Shown: piece by piece, positions 28,900 through 39,673 of the stretch
Layout of the letters: every line of letters begins with the position of its first letter
Position numbering within the stretch: position 1 is the stretch's first letter
Assembly (NCBI GenBank): GCA_963713975.1
Contig: OY970218.1
Location: forward strand, 2,304,001-2,368,000
DNA from: an uncultured Chloroflexia bacterium
Lineage (GTDB): Bacteria > Chloroflexota > Limnocylindria > Limnocylindrales > CSP1-4
Direction of reading: 5' to 3'
Length of the DNA stretch: 64,000 bases
Notes under the pieces: generated by a model
The model's input: only the letters and a program-made list of their open reading frames with translations
Database searches by the model: none
Told to the model about the DNA's origin: nothing
Made by a program: the position numbers and the translations under genes

Positions 28900-30159
28900 T
28901 CAGCCCCTGCGCAGGCGCCTGCCAACGGATCGGGCCCGGCGGGTGAGCAGCCCACGAGCCCGCCTCGCGACGATGCCCGCCAGGTGGAGCGTGGGCACCA
29001 GCTCCACGCCGGAGGGCTCGCCACCCTGTTCCGCATCCTCTGTATCGCCATGGCGGGCAAGCCCGCTTGCCGTCAGGACGCCGATGGTCATCGATGCTGC
29101 GACCTCGGGCGGGATGCCGACGACGGCCGGGACGCTCTCCACGGCCCCGTCCAACGGTCCCGTCGCGAGCAGCTCCAGGTCACCGACGACACGGACGCCG
29201 GAGCCGCGGATCCCGTCGACCATCTCCCGGGCGATCTCCGTGGCTCGGTCTGCCGCCCATGCGGGCAGCATGATCCGTTGCCATTCCGGCGACGGGGTAC
29301 GAGTCGTCATGTGCTTCGCCGCACCGAAGTGCATCACCTTCTGCAGGAGATCCGGATCGAGGTCGGCCTTCCGGAAGGCGATGTTGAAGGCCCTGACGGC
29401 CTCGATCTCGGGCAAGGTCAGGGACCTGTTCGCGAGTGAGCGGTCGGACACCAACGTCCCCGTCTCCAGGCCGAGCAGCTTCTCGAACACGCGCAAGGAT
29501 CCATCCGGGGCTCGGTCGTCCACAACGACAACGCTGATGCGTTCGACACCCGTCACCGCCGCCCAGCGCCGGATGAGGGCATCGTGCCGGTGGCGGCGCC
29601 AGAACGTCGGCGTCGTGGTGCCGCCGTCCTCCTCGAGCACGGCGTGCAGCCATGGCTCGAAGCCACGCCGCAGTCCTGACTTGACGTACTGCTGCCATTG
29701 CGACGGCAGGAGCTTCGCCAGCGGCCGCAGGGTGAGGACGACGTGGGTCAGATCGCCGCCCAGGTCCTCGATGATCCGAGGGATGACCTCCGGGGTTGCA
29801 TCGGCGAGGAGCTCGCTGCTGACCACCACGCGGGGCTCCGCCGCCGTGCGCACCTCGTGGGCCAGCGAGGTCCAACGCGAGATGGGGCTCGATGACAGGA
29901 CGCCCGTGAATGACGAACGCCCGGTCACTGCCAGGACTGCCGCCCTGGGATGGCGCCCGCGGCCCGCATATCGCACGCCTTGCACGAGCATCGCGCTTCG
30001 AGCCAGGTGGAGCGCGCCCTGCAGCGTCGTCGTCCCGGTCTTGGGTGGTCCGATGTGCACCAGCCTCGTGCCTTCGGGCAGCAGCAGCGAGCGGTCCGCG
30101 GGTCCCAGCTCCATCGCTTCGGTCAGCGCGTTTCCTGCAGCCGCTGGATCACGCCCCAT
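28900..30159 (-). CDS. Sulfotransferase-like P-loop protein
   Basis: HIGPPKTGTTTLQ (5'-PSB-like), VVSSELL, LRP....PSQWQQ (3'-PB-like) and NRSL. Confidence 0.72.
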   Translation of the reverse strand: MGRDPAAAGNALTEAMELGPADRSLLLPEGTRLVHIGPPKTGTTTLQGALHLARSAMLVQGVRYAGRGRHPRAAVLAVTGRSSFTGVLSSSPISRWTSLAHEVRTAAEPRVVVSSELLADATPEVIPRIIEDLGGDLTHVVLTLRPLAKLLPSQWQQYVKSGLRRGFEPWLHAVLEEDGGTTTPTFWRRHRHDALIRRWAAVTGVERISVVVVDDRAPDGSLRVFEKLLGLETGTLVSDRSLANRSLTLPEIEAVRAFNIAFRKADLDPDLLQKVMHFGAAKHMTTRTPSPEWQRIMLPAWAADRATEIAREMVDGIRGSGVRVVGDLELLATGPLDGAVESVPAVVGIPPEVAASMTIGVLTASGLARHGDTEDAEQGGEPSGVELVPTLHLAGIVARRARGLLTRRARSVGRRLRRG

Positions 30160-30187
30160 CCTGAGGTGGACCGCATCGGCCGCCGGG

Positions 30188-31402
30188 TCATGCCGCGCGG
30201 CCTCGCCTAGGCGAGATTCCGCGGAGCACTGCGCCCCGGACGCGGCGCAGGATCACGGCGATCAGCTGCGGCGTCGAGACGCGTGCAACCTCGATGGGCT
30301 CGATCCAGACGTCTCCGGCCCCTCGTCCGCCGTGCGGCCGGGCCAGCCCGCTTGAGATCAGTACCCCCATCGCCATGCGGGCGGCTACCTCGGGGGTGAC
30401 CTGGACCTCGGGAGCCGGGTTCTCGCCGGCCCGACCCTCCTGGACCCGCGTGAGGCTGTCCAGGTCACCGACGATCCGCACGCCGGACGACGCGATGACC
30501 GGGATCATGGTGGAGGCCACGGCGGCCGCGCGATCGAGCGCCCACTGCGGAGTCTCGATCCGCGCTTCCCCGGGACCTGGGACGCGCATCTTCATGTGGA
30601 TCGCGGACCCGAACCGCATCGACTTGGCGTGGACGGCGCGGCTCACGCCCATCTCCCTGGCCGCCACGTTGAAGTGCCGGACAGTCTCGATCTCGGCAAG
30701 GGTCATGGATCGGTTGGCGAGGTCCCGATCCGGGGCGAGCGTGCCCTCGCTGAGGCCGAGCATCTCCCCGAACGCGCGGAGGAGCATGGAGTGGTCGTGC
30801 TCGTCGACGACGACCGCCGTCATCCGCTCCGGCCCCACCACGTCCGCCCAACGTGCGATGAGCTGGTCGTGCCGGTGCAATTTCCAGAATGGTTTGGCGG
30901 GACGGCCCGGCGGGTCGCCAAGCACGGCGCGCAGCCAGTCCTCATACCCCAGGTGCGCCCCGGCCTGGACGTTCTGCTGCCACTGGGACGGCAGGATCTT
31001 GCCGAGCGGTCGCAGCGTGACGACGATGTGCAGCCGGTCCCGGTCCAGATCGTTGACGATCCGCTGAATGATGTCAGGCGTCGCCCAGGAGAAGAACTCG
31101 CTGCTGACGACGACCCGCGGCTCGCGGGCCCTCCGGAACTCGCCCACGAGGTCCCGCCAGTACCGGATCGACGGTGGCGTGTCTGTCGAGGTGGGCGCGT
31201 TCTGGCCGGTGACCGCGCGGACTGCGCTCGCCGGGTTGCGGGTCCTCCCGACGTGGCGGACGCCCTGTGCGAGCATCGCGGGGCGGGCACCGTAGAGGGC
31301 CGCCTGGAGCGAGGTGGTGCCGGTCTTGTGGGGCCCGATGTGCACGAGCCGGGCGCCCTCGGGCAGGAGCAGGTCTCGCCGGTCCAGGACCTGTTCGCTC
31401 AC
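30188..31402 (-). CDS. Sulfotransferase-like P-loop protein (tandem paralog)
   Basis: HIGPHKTGTTSLQ, VVSSEFF, LRPLGKILPSQWQQ and NRSM; collinear with the neighbouring gene. Confidence 0.72.
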   Translation of the reverse strand: MSEQVLDRRDLLLPEGARLVHIGPHKTGTTSLQAALYGARPAMLAQGVRHVGRTRNPASAVRAVTGQNAPTSTDTPPSIRYWRDLVGEFRRAREPRVVVSSEFFSWATPDIIQRIVNDLDRDRLHIVVTLRPLGKILPSQWQQNVQAGAHLGYEDWLRAVLGDPPGRPAKPFWKLHRHDQLIARWADVVGPERMTAVVVDEHDHSMLLRAFGEMLGLSEGTLAPDRDLANRSMTLAEIETVRHFNVAAREMGVSRAVHAKSMRFGSAIHMKMRVPGPGEARIETPQWALDRAAAVASTMIPVIASSGVRIVGDLDSLTRVQEGRAGENPAPEVQVTPEVAARMAMGVLISSGLARPHGGRGAGDVWIEPIEVARVSTPQLIAVILRRVRGAVLRGISPRRGRAA

Positions 31403-31476
31403 GCGTGCCCGCTCCTCTCCGCTTTACGATTCCGCCCAAGTCTAGCGTGCGTCCGGCCGGTGCTAGAGTCGCCGCC

Positions 31477-32706
31477 ATGGGCATCGAGATCAGGACGGCT
31501 GTCCCGGCCGAGTTCGAGGCGGCCATCGACGTCATCAGCACCGCCTTCCTGGAGCGGCCGGACCTGCGGCTCGTGGCGGAGTCGGTCAGTGACTCCTGGG
31601 ACCCGGAGCGCACCTGGATCGCGTTCGACGGCGGGCGTGCCTGCGGCACCTTCCGCTCCTGGCCGACCGAGCTGACCGTTCCCGGCGGCGCAATGCTCCC
31701 GGCGGCTGCCGTGTCGGCCGTGACGGTGCTTCCCAGCCATCGCCGGCGGGGGATCCTCACGGGGATGGCGGCGAAGGAGCACGCGGCATTGCGCGAGCGC
31801 GGCGAGGTGGTCGGCCTGCTGTACGCGTCCGAGTACCGGATCTACGGCCGGTTCGGCTACGCACCGGGCACCCGCTGGACAGACTGGATCGTCAACGCCC
31901 GGGCCACTGGCATGCACGGCTCGCCGTGCGGCAGCGTGGAGCTGGTGGCGCCCGATGCCTCGGTCAAGGAGACGCTCAAGGCCGTGTTCGACGCGTCGAG
32001 GATGCGGCAGGCCGGCGAGATCAGCCGTCGCGACGTGGCATGGGACTTGCGGCTGGGCCTGCGCGACGAGCCCTGGGGAGAGCGGTGGAAGGGATGGGTC
32101 GCGCTGCACCGCGACACCGCGGGCACCGTCGACGGGTACGCCCGCTACAAGGCACAGCCCAAGTGGGAGGAGCACCTGCCGCAGGCGACGCTCGAGGTCC
32201 CGGAGCTGGTCGGGCTTACGGACGCGGCCTACGCGGATCTCGTGCGGTTCCTCCTCGAGGTGGATCTTGTCAGCACGGTGAAGCTCGAGGGCCGCCGCGA
32301 GCAGGAACGGGTTCGTTGGCTCCTGACCAACGCCCGGGCCGCCAGGCCGGCGGAGGCCGGTGACGCCCTCTGGGTGCGCTTGTTCGACCTGCCCCGCGCT
32401 CTGGCCGCCCGGACCTATGGGCGGTCGGGCAGCCTCGTGCTCGAGGTTGTCGACGACGTGGCGTGGGGTGGCACGCAGAGGCTGCTGCTGGACGCGTCGC
32501 CCGACGGGGCTACCTGCCGCGACACGGACCGCTCGCCCGATCTCACGCTGCCGGTGGCGGCGCTGGGTGGCGCGTACCTCGGTGGCACCCGCCTCCGTGA
32601 TCTCGCGATCGGCATCGGGGCGGACGAGCATCGACCTGGCGCGCTCGAGGAGGCCGACGCGCTGCTGCGCACGGTCGATGAGCCGTGGTGCTCGACGTTC
32701 TTCTAA
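31477..32706 (+). CDS. Eis-family GNAT acetyltransferase with SCP2-like C-terminus
   Basis: VTVLPSHRRRG, LYASEYRIYGRFGY, LGGAYLGG and terminal PWCSTFF; leaderless (TAGAGT + 7 nt). Confidence 0.9.
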   Translation: MGIEIRTAVPAEFEAAIDVISTAFLERPDLRLVAESVSDSWDPERTWIAFDGGRACGTFRSWPTELTVPGGAMLPAAAVSAVTVLPSHRRRGILTGMAAKEHAALRERGEVVGLLYASEYRIYGRFGYAPGTRWTDWIVNARATGMHGSPCGSVELVAPDASVKETLKAVFDASRMRQAGEISRRDVAWDLRLGLRDEPWGERWKGWVALHRDTAGTVDGYARYKAQPKWEEHLPQATLEVPELVGLTDAAYADLVRFLLEVDLVSTVKLEGRREQERVRWLLTNARAARPAEAGDALWVRLFDLPRALAARTYGRSGSLVLEVVDDVAWGGTQRLLLDASPDGATCRDTDRSPDLTLPVAALGGAYLGGTRLRDLAIGIGADEHRPGALEEADALLRTVDEPWCSTFF

Positions 32707-32769
32707 GCCGCCGAGGACCTCCAGGCAGCCTCGGTCGCCCACCCGCACCCGGCACCGTCGAGGGCCCCG

Positions 32770-32812
32770 TTGACGAATCGGCCGGTAATTCCGATAATTC
32801 TGCTAGGGATTA
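32770..32812 (+). promoter_or_regulatory. sigma70 promoter of sufB with an overlapping AT-rich inverted repeat
   Basis: TTGACG (32770)-17 nt-GATAAT (32793); TAATTCC..GGGATTA inverted repeat at 32786-32812, Rrf2/IscR-like. Confidence 0.6.
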
Positions 32813-32894
32813 GCCCGCGACCCACGTCCCGGGGTCGCGGCACTCCCGCAGCGACGACCCTCACGTGCGGCCGCCGGCCCTGATCGGAGCAGCG

Positions 32895-34298
32895 ATGACC
32901 TCGACCCGCGACCTCGTCAAGGACGAGCGCGACCAGTTTGCCTTCCACGACGACATCGTCTACCTCGCGGAGACCAAGCGCGGCCTGACGCAGGAGACCG
33001 TCGAGGAGATCAGCCGGTTCAAGGACGAGCCGGACTGGATGCTGCAGTACCGCCTCCGCGCGTACGACCACTTCGTGAAGCGGAAGATGCCAACCTGGGG
33101 CGGCCGCCTCGCGGACATCGATCTCGACAAGATCGTCTACTACCGCAAGCCGTCCGAGCGCGAGGAGAAGTCCTGGGACGACGTCCCGGAGCAGATCAAG
33201 GCGACGTTCGAGAAGCTGGGCATCCCGGAGGCCGAGCGCAAGTTCCTCGCCGGCGTCGGCGCCCAGTACGACTCCGAGGTGGTCTACCACTCGGTTCGCG
33301 AGGAGTTGTCCAAGATCGGTGTCGTGTTCATGGGCACCGACCAGGCGCTCAAGGAGTACCCGGAGATCTTCCGCAAGTACTTCGGCACGGTGGTTCCCGC
33401 CGAGGACAACAAGTTCGCCGCCCTCAACGCGGCCGTGTGGTCCGGCGGCTCCTTCGTGTACGTGCCCAAGGGCGTCGAGGTCCCGCTTCCGCTCCAGGCC
33501 TACTTCCGCATCAACGGCGAGAACACCGGCCAGTTCGAGCGGACGCTGATCGTGGTGGACGAGGGCGCCAAGGTCCACTACATCGAGGGCTGCACGGCCC
33601 CGATCTACGCGACGGATTCGCTCCACGCGGCCGTCGTGGAGGTCGTCGCGCTGGCCGGCTCGAAGGTGCGCTACACGACGATCCAGAACTGGTCCAACGA
33701 CGTCTACAACCTCGTGACCAAGCGCGCCCACGCCTACGAACGATCGACGGTCGAGTGGGTCGACGCGAATACCGGCTCGCGTCTGACGATGAAGTACCCG
33801 GCGATCTACCTGCGGGGCGAGGGAGCCACGGCCGAGGTCATCTCGGTCGCGGTCGCCGGGCGTGGCCAGCACCAGGACACCGGAGCCAAGGCCGTCCACC
33901 TGGCGTCCAACACCACCTCCCGGATCGTGTCCAAGTCCGTGTCCAAGGACGGCGGCCGGGCAACGTACCGTGGCCAGTTGCGCGTCGCCCCCGGGGCCAC
34001 CGGCGTCACGGCCAGCGTGCGCTGCGACGCCCTGATGCTCGATGATCAGAGCCGCAGCGACACCTACCCCTACATCGACATCCAGGAAGACGACACGACG
34101 ATGACCCACGAGGCCACCGTCGGCAAGGTCTCCGCGGACCAGGTCTTCTACCTGATGAGCCGTGGCCTGACGGAAAACGAGGCGACGAACCTCATCGTGC
34201 AGGGCTTCCTCGAGGTATTCACGAAGGAGCTCCCGATGGAGTACGCGATCGAGTTCAACCGGCTCGTCAAGCTGGAGATGGAGGGGTCACTGGGATGA
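32895..34298 (+). CDS. sufB: Fe-S cluster assembly protein SufB
   Basis: [39 protein letters not shown] and YLMSRG. Confidence 0.97.
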   Translation: MTSTRDLVKDERDQFAFHDDIVYLAETKRGLTQETVEEISRFKDEPDWMLQYRLRAYDHFVKRKMPTWGGRLADIDLDKIVYYRKPSEREEKSWDDVPEQIKATFEKLGIPEAERKFLAGVGAQYDSEVVYHSVREELSKIGVVFMGTDQALKEYPEIFRKYFGTVVPAEDNKFAALNAAVWSGGSFVYVPKGVEVPLPLQAYFRINGENTGQFERTLIVVDEGAKVHYIEGCTAPIYATDSLHAAVVEVVALAGSKVRYTTIQNWSNDVYNLVTKRAHAYERSTVEWVDANTGSRLTMKYPAIYLRGEGATAEVISVAVAGRGQHQDTGAKAVHLASNTTSRIVSKSVSKDGGRATYRGQLRVAPGATGVTASVRCDALMLDDQSRSDTYPYIDIQEDDTTMTHEATVGKVSADQVFYLMSRGLTENEATNLIVQGFLEVFTKELPMEYAIEFNRLVKLEMEGSLG

Positions 34299-35689
34299 CG
34301 GAGGTCGCCCAACCCTCGTCCCTCGCCGGCGGCACCGCCCGTCCGCCGCGCAGGGCCCCCGCCGATCTGCCGTTCACGTTCGTCAACCGGTCGCTCGTCG
34401 ACGCGATCTCGAGTGCGGCCGCGGAACCCGCGTGGCTGCGCGAGGACCGGCTCGCCGCCCTGACCGCCTTCGAGGCGCTGCCGGTGGAGGGCAACCTCCT
34501 GTACACGCCGTACGTGGACCTCCGCGCCGCGTCCCTCGATGGGGCCGTCCCGTACGCTGCCACGGTGGCGAACCCACTCGTGGGCGACCGCCCCGAGGAG
34601 GTCGCGGGGCTCCTGGAGATCAGCGAGGACGGCGTCGCCGTCGGCTCGCTGGACGATGCGGCCCGAGGGGCCGGTGTCCGGCTGACCACGCTGGCCGATC
34701 TCGTCGCCCGCGACGAGGCGCTTGCGCGTGAGCTGCTCGAGGGTGCGCCGCTCCTGCCGTCCGGCGAGAAGCTCGCGGAGCTCTCGCGTGCGGCATGGAC
34801 CCAGGGCGTCGTCGTGCACGTCCCCGCCGGCGTTCGTGTAGAGCGGCCCATCGTGCTGCGTTGGTCGCTCGGTGCGCCCCGGACGCTGATCGGCCGGACG
34901 CTCATCGTCCTCGGCGACGGGGCAGAGGCCACCGTGGTGGAGGAGCTCGTCACCGGTGACGGGGTCCAGCCCGGTGCGCAGGCGCTCCTGTCCGCCACGA
35001 CGGAGATCCGTCTCGGTGCCCATGCCCGGCTGGCGATGGCCAGCCTCCAGGAGCTGGGGCCCGACCAAGTGGTCTTCCAGCAGCGCCGGGCCGACATCGG
35101 TGAGGGTGCCGACCTGCGCTGGGCGCTCGCGCAGCTCGGCGGCCGCCTCGTGCGCTCGCGGGTCGACAACGTGCTGACCGGCGACCGGAGCACGGTCGAG
35201 CAGGTCGAGATCGTGTTCGGCTCTGACGACCAGCTGCACGACCTCACCTCGTATACGCGCCATGTCGGGCACGACACCACGGGACAGCTACTCAGCAAGG
35301 GCGTCCTCCTGGACAGGGCCCGGACCTACATGAAGGGCCTGATCCAGATCGAGAAGTCCGCCATCGGGACGGACAGCTTCCTGGGCGAGTTCGGGATGAA
35401 CCTCTCGAAGGCGGCCCGCGCCGTGGCCATCCCGTCGCTCGAGATCGACCAGCCCGACTGCCGCCGGGCCATGCACAGCTCGTCGGTGGGGCCGATCGAC
35501 GAGACCCAGCTGTTCTACCTGGAGAGCCGCGGCATCCCGCCGGACGAGGCCCGCAAGTTCATCGTGCTCGGGTTCCTGGAGCCGGTGGTCGCCCGGGTGC
35601 CGCTTGAGGAGGCGCAGGATCGCCTGCGCGAGGCGCTGGAGGCCAAGTGGGCCTCCGGGCTCGCGACAGGCACTGTGACGGCGGCCTGA
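34295..35689 (+). CDS. sufD: Fe-S cluster assembly protein SufD
   Basis: [34 protein letters not shown]. Confidence 0.88.
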   Translation: MTEVAQPSSLAGGTARPPRRAPADLPFTFVNRSLVDAISSAAAEPAWLREDRLAALTAFEALPVEGNLLYTPYVDLRAASLDGAVPYAATVANPLVGDRPEEVAGLLEISEDGVAVGSLDDAARGAGVRLTTLADLVARDEALARELLEGAPLLPSGEKLAELSRAAWTQGVVVHVPAGVRVERPIVLRWSLGAPRTLIGRTLIVLGDGAEATVVEELVTGDGVQPGAQALLSATTEIRLGAHARLAMASLQELGPDQVVFQQRRADIGEGADLRWALAQLGGRLVRSRVDNVLTGDRSTVEQVEIVFGSDDQLHDLTSYTRHVGHDTTGQLLSKGVLLDRARTYMKGLIQIEKSAIGTDSFLGEFGMNLSKAARAVAIPSLEIDQPDCRRAMHSSSVGPIDETQLFYLESRGIPPDEARKFIVLGFLEPVVARVPLEEAQDRLREALEAKWASGLATGTVTAA

Positions 35690-36030
35690 GCAGGGTCATC
35701 GACCTCCTCGGCGTTGACGAGCTCGAGGAGGGGGAGATGCGAATGGTCTGGGTGGACCAGACCGATCCGGTGCTGGTCGTGCACCTCAACGACGAGTTCA
35801 CCGCGATGCAGGGCACGTGCTCGCACGAGTACTTCGAGCTGGACCGCGGGTTCCTGACCGCCGGCACGCTGACCTGCGCCCTGCACCTGTCCCGCTTCGA
35901 CCTGTCGGACGGCGAGCCGCTGGACCCGCCCGCCGAGATGCCGCTCGCCGTGTACCCGGTGGAGATCGTGGACGGCCGGGTGACGATCGAGGTGGCGGAC
36001 GGGCCACTCGAGGTCAACGAGGAGGCGTAG
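35686..36030 (+). CDS. Rieske [2Fe-2S] ferredoxin (start uncertain: CTG 35686 or ATG 35737)
   Basis: CSH..CALH..RFDLSDG..PPA..PL.VYPV. Confidence 0.88.
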   Translation: MSRVIDLLGVDELEEGEMRMVWVDQTDPVLVVHLNDEFTAMQGTCSHEYFELDRGFLTAGTLTCALHLSRFDLSDGEPLDPPAEMPLAVYPVEIVDGRVTIEVADGPLEVNEEA

Positions 36031-36078
36031 GACAGGTGCGCGGCCTGCGCCCGTCGCCCGGCAGCTCCATCGCCGGCG

Positions 36079-36786
36079 TCAGTCGATCAGGGTCCCGCCG
36101 TTGATGTCCACGATCTCGCCCGTGATGTAGCCGGCCTCGGAGCTGGCGAGGAACGCGACCAGCGCGGCGACCTCGTCCGTGGTTCCCAGGCGGCCGACGG
36201 GCACGCGTCCCGCGAGGTCGCGCTGCCCCCCGAGGAGCTCGGTGTCGATCAGCGCCGGCGCCACCACGTTGGCCGTGACCCCGTCCCGGGCATACTCGGC
36301 GGCGACCGATTTCACGAGCGTCATGAGGCCGGCCTTGGACGCCGCGTAGGCCGCCGAGCGGGCTCCGCCGGACTTGCCGGCGGCCGCCCCAACCCCGATA
36401 ACGCGCCCGTATCCCTGCTGGCGCATCCCGGGCATCGCACGGCGGATCGCCAGGAACGGGCCGGTCAGGTTGATCGAGAGGGTCCGCTCCCAGAGCTCGG
36501 TCGATGTCTCGGTGAGCGGGACCAGGGGCAGGATCCCTGCGTTGAGCACGAGGACCGTGACCGGGCCAAGCTCCGCCTCGATCCGGGCGAACGCGGCGTC
36601 GATCGCGGCCTCGTCGCTGACATCCGCCTCGATGCCCAGGAGCCCGGGCTCGTCCGGCGGCGTGAGGTCCAGCGCGGCAACCAGGGCGCCGTTGGCGGCG
36701 AGCACCTGGGCGACGCGCAGGCCGATGCCCCGACCGGCGCCCGTGACGAGCGCGACGCGATCCTGCAGTCCATCGACCCTGACCAT
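36079..36786 (-). CDS. SDR family oxidoreductase (FabG-like)
   Basis: TGAGRGIG, NAG, YAASK and INGG; own GGAGGA SD and TACGAT -10. Confidence 0.9.
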   Translation of the reverse strand: MVRVDGLQDRVALVTGAGRGIGLRVAQVLAANGALVAALDLTPPDEPGLLGIEADVSDEAAIDAAFARIEAELGPVTVLVLNAGILPLVPLTETSTELWERTLSINLTGPFLAIRRAMPGMRQQGYGRVIGVGAAAGKSGGARSAAYAASKAGLMTLVKSVAAEYARDGVTANVVAPALIDTELLGGQRDLAGRVPVGRLGTTDEVAALVAFLASSEAGYITGEIVDINGGTLID

Positions 36787-36845
36787 GGGATCCTCCACGT
36801 TATCGCCTGCAGTCGCCGGGCACCGTCCCGGATCGTAACGGTAGC

Positions 36846-37812
36846 TCAGACCATCGGGCCGGCGTCGGTCTCCGCGACGGGCTCGAAATCGCCCCTCGGA
36901 TCGGACCTGCAGCACCAGGGCTCCAGCGAGCACGAGGGCGCCGCCCACGATCTGCACCGGCACGAGGGCTTCGCCCAGCCATGCGGCAGCAAGGAGCACG
37001 CCCACCACCGGCTCGAGCAGCATCAGGATCCCCGTCTGCGTACCCCCGATGGTCCGGATCGCGGTGAGGAACAGCAGCGACGACAGGCCGGCCGACGCGA
37101 CGCCGGCCAGGATCAGGGCCGGCCACGGGTCGACCGATCGGAACGGCACCATGAGCGCGTCGCCCTGGCCGGCAAGCAGGGCGATGACGAAGGCCCCCAC
37201 GATGGACGTCGCCAGGATCACCAGGGTCGCGGCGTCCGCCGGAACCTGCGAGTAGCCGCCGCGGCTCACGCTCACGAACACAACCTGGCTTGCCGCGGCG
37301 GCCAGGCCCAGGAGGATCCCCAGCGGGTTCACCGAGAGCCCAGCCGAGCCGCTCATCCCACCGACGAGGACCAGCACCACACCACCGAACGAAAGGAGCA
37401 GGGCGAGCGCCCGTGGTGTGGTCATCCGTTCGCGACCCAGGGCAATGTCCACCACGACCACGCCGGCGGGGTAGAGGTAGAACAGCATCAGCGCCAGGGC
37501 GATGGGGACCAGTCCAAACGCGGTGAAGATCGAGACGTTGAGGGTCACCCCCATGATCGCGGCCGTGGCGAGGGCGAGGCGTCCGCGGCCGGACAGCCCG
37601 CGGATGGCTCCAACCGACGGGCGGGCCCGGCCCCTGGCAGTGATCAGGATCGCCAGGAACGCCACCCCCAGGATGGCGCGCCATGCGGTGAAGGCCACGC
37701 CCGTGACACCGGCGTCGGCGCCGAAGCGGGCAAGGGGCCCCAGCATGCCGAACAGGGCCGCCGCGGAAACGGCGGCCAGCGTGCCGATCAGCGGTGCGCG
37801 ATCACGGGGCAT
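36846..37812 (-). CDS. EamA/DMT family transporter (probable 1-nt frameshift near the 3' end; reads through into the SDR as given)
   Basis: About 10 TM segments with LLEPVVG..WLGEAL..QIVGG. Removing one base from the C4 run at 36892-36895 gives a stop at 36846. Confidence 0.8.
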
Positions 37813-37848
37813 GACGGCACATGGTAGCGGCCGCGCTCGCAGCCTGAG

Positions 37849-38583
37849 TCAGGGCCGGGAGCGCCGACGGCCGGCGAGGCCGACAAGGGTGCGTGCCGTC
37901 CAGGTCCCGACGTAGGCCCCGATCACGCCGCCGAAGACCGCGCCCAAGGCGATCGTGCCCACGACCGTGGGGCCGGTGAGCTCGAGCGCCAGGCCCACCC
38001 CGGCCGTACCGCCGAGGAGCGTCCCCGCGATTCCGGCCATGACCTCCGCGACCTGCCGCCGGGTCACCGTCACGAGGTCCGCCGGATCCTCGGCACGGTG
38101 GCGCCAGCGCAGGACCGGCGGCAGGAGCCAGGCCGTGCCGGCCGCCATGAGCAGGATCCCGGCTCCGGCCATCCACAGGCCCGGGGCGATGCCCCCGGAG
38201 CCACCCCGGCGCTCCCACGCGCCGATCTCCTCCAGCGCGGCTCGCTGTCCGTTGACCCACGTGGCGGCGGCGAGCAGGACCAGCATGGCGGGCGCGATGC
38301 GGACCGTGCGGATGCGCGACGTTGCGGCGGTGCGATGGAGGGTGAGCACCCCGGCCCCGAGTGACACCAGGATCAGCATCAGGCCGTCGCCGGCTCCAGC
38401 CAGGCCGCTGAAGAACACGGGCTCCACGCCCAGCTGGCCCGGCGCGGCTCCCTCCGCCCATGGCATCAGTCCCGCGACCACGGCCGCAGCCGCCCCGATC
38501 CCCACGACGATCCGCGCCGGGGTCAGGAGCAGCGAGGCAAATCGGTGGCCCCTGGTGGGCTCCCAGCGCATCCATTCCTGCAT
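37849..38583 (-). CDS. Hypothetical membrane protein
   Basis: Several hydrophobic segments, a MPW motif and coding-like codon usage. Confidence 0.65.
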   Translation of the reverse strand: MQEWMRWEPTRGHRFASLLLTPARIVVGIGAAAAVVAGLMPWAEGAAPGQLGVEPVFFSGLAGAGDGLMLILVSLGAGVLTLHRTAATSRIRTVRIAPAMLVLLAAATWVNGQRAALEEIGAWERRGGSGGIAPGLWMAGAGILLMAAGTAWLLPPVLRWRHRAEDPADLVTVTRRQVAEVMAGIAGTLLGGTAGVGLALELTGPTVVGTIALGAVFGGVIGAYVGTWTARTLVGLAGRRRSRP

Positions 38584-38619
38584 GTCGACGGCCAGTATGG
38601 CCCGGACCGCCCGGGGCGC

Positions 38620-39618
38620 TCAGCGCGGAAGGATCGTCCCGAGGCCCCGCTCCGCAGCCGCCTCGAGGATGGCCGAGCCGAAGACCACGTCGGCGAGCCC
38701 GGTCCCGAGGTGCGTGACCACCACCCTGCCCGATGGGCGGGCGAGCCCGTCCGCCAGTGCCTCGCCCAGCATCGCCGACGGGTCCGGATAGCCGTCGAAG
38801 CTGCCGAGCTCCCGGTTGGCCAGGAACTGGCCCGTGTGGTCCACGAGGAACAGGTCGGCGTCGCGCGCGACCTCGGCCGCGCAGTAGGTCGCATAGTCGA
38901 CCGGCACGACCAGGGCGTGCGGCACCAGCCAGTCGTTGGTCATGACCTGGCGCTCGGGCGGCGGGACGAACGAGGCCACCGTGACCACGACATCCGCTCC
39001 CTCGACGGCGTCGCGCGCCGAGGTCGCCACGACCGCTGCTCCGACGCCCGGCGTCCTGCGTGCCAGGTCGGCCAGGCCGGCGGCCCGCCCCGGATCGCGG
39101 TCGAACACCGCCAGCTGGACGCCCGGCAGCACATGCCCCAGGACCGCGACGTGGCTGCGGCCCTGGACGCCTGCGCCGACCAGGGTGGCCCGCGGAGCGT
39201 GCGACACACGAGGCGCGAAGGCGCGGATCGCCACGCCACTGACCGCCGCCGTCCGCTCGGCCGTGATCGGCCCCGCGTCAAGGATCGCGACCGGCACGGT
39301 CGTCACGGGGTCATTGAGCACCAGCAGCCCGTGGATGCCGGCCAGGCCGGCCGCGTTGTTGGCCGGGTTGCCGGAGACCCACTTCATCCCGAGGCGGTCA
39401 CCGGTTCCGTCGGCAGCCGCCCCGGGCAGGAGCGCGGGCATCGCGTGGGCGAACGACATCGCCGGCCGGGGGTGGACCCCGATCTTGGGCGGCAGCTCGG
39501 CTCCCCCGGCCAGCCCGCGCAGGGTCAGATCTGCGAGGGCAAGCCGTTCAGGCACCGACGGCATGGCCGCCACGACATCGTCGGCGGTGAGATAGCGAAG
39601 CGCCGGCAGCTGGGTCAT
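38620..39618 (-). CDS. Ornithine cyclodeaminase / mu-crystallin family protein
   Basis: HAMPA, GMKWV, ITAERTAAVS, GAGVQG and GTGLADV; leaderless (TACACT + 6 nt). Confidence 0.88.
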   Translation of the reverse strand: MTQLPALRYLTADDVVAAMPSVPERLALADLTLRGLAGGAELPPKIGVHPRPAMSFAHAMPALLPGAAADGTGDRLGMKWVSGNPANNAAGLAGIHGLLVLNDPVTTVPVAILDAGPITAERTAAVSGVAIRAFAPRVSHAPRATLVGAGVQGRSHVAVLGHVLPGVQLAVFDRDPGRAAGLADLARRTPGVGAAVVATSARDAVEGADVVVTVASFVPPPERQVMTNDWLVPHALVVPVDYATYCAAEVARDADLFLVDHTGQFLANRELGSFDGYPDPSAMLGEALADGLARPSGRVVVTHLGTGLADVVFGSAILEAAAERGLGTILPR

Positions 39619-39673
39619 GGCCGCAGTGTAGGCTCGCCGGTCGGATCGCCTCCACCTTGGGTAGTCTGGGAGC

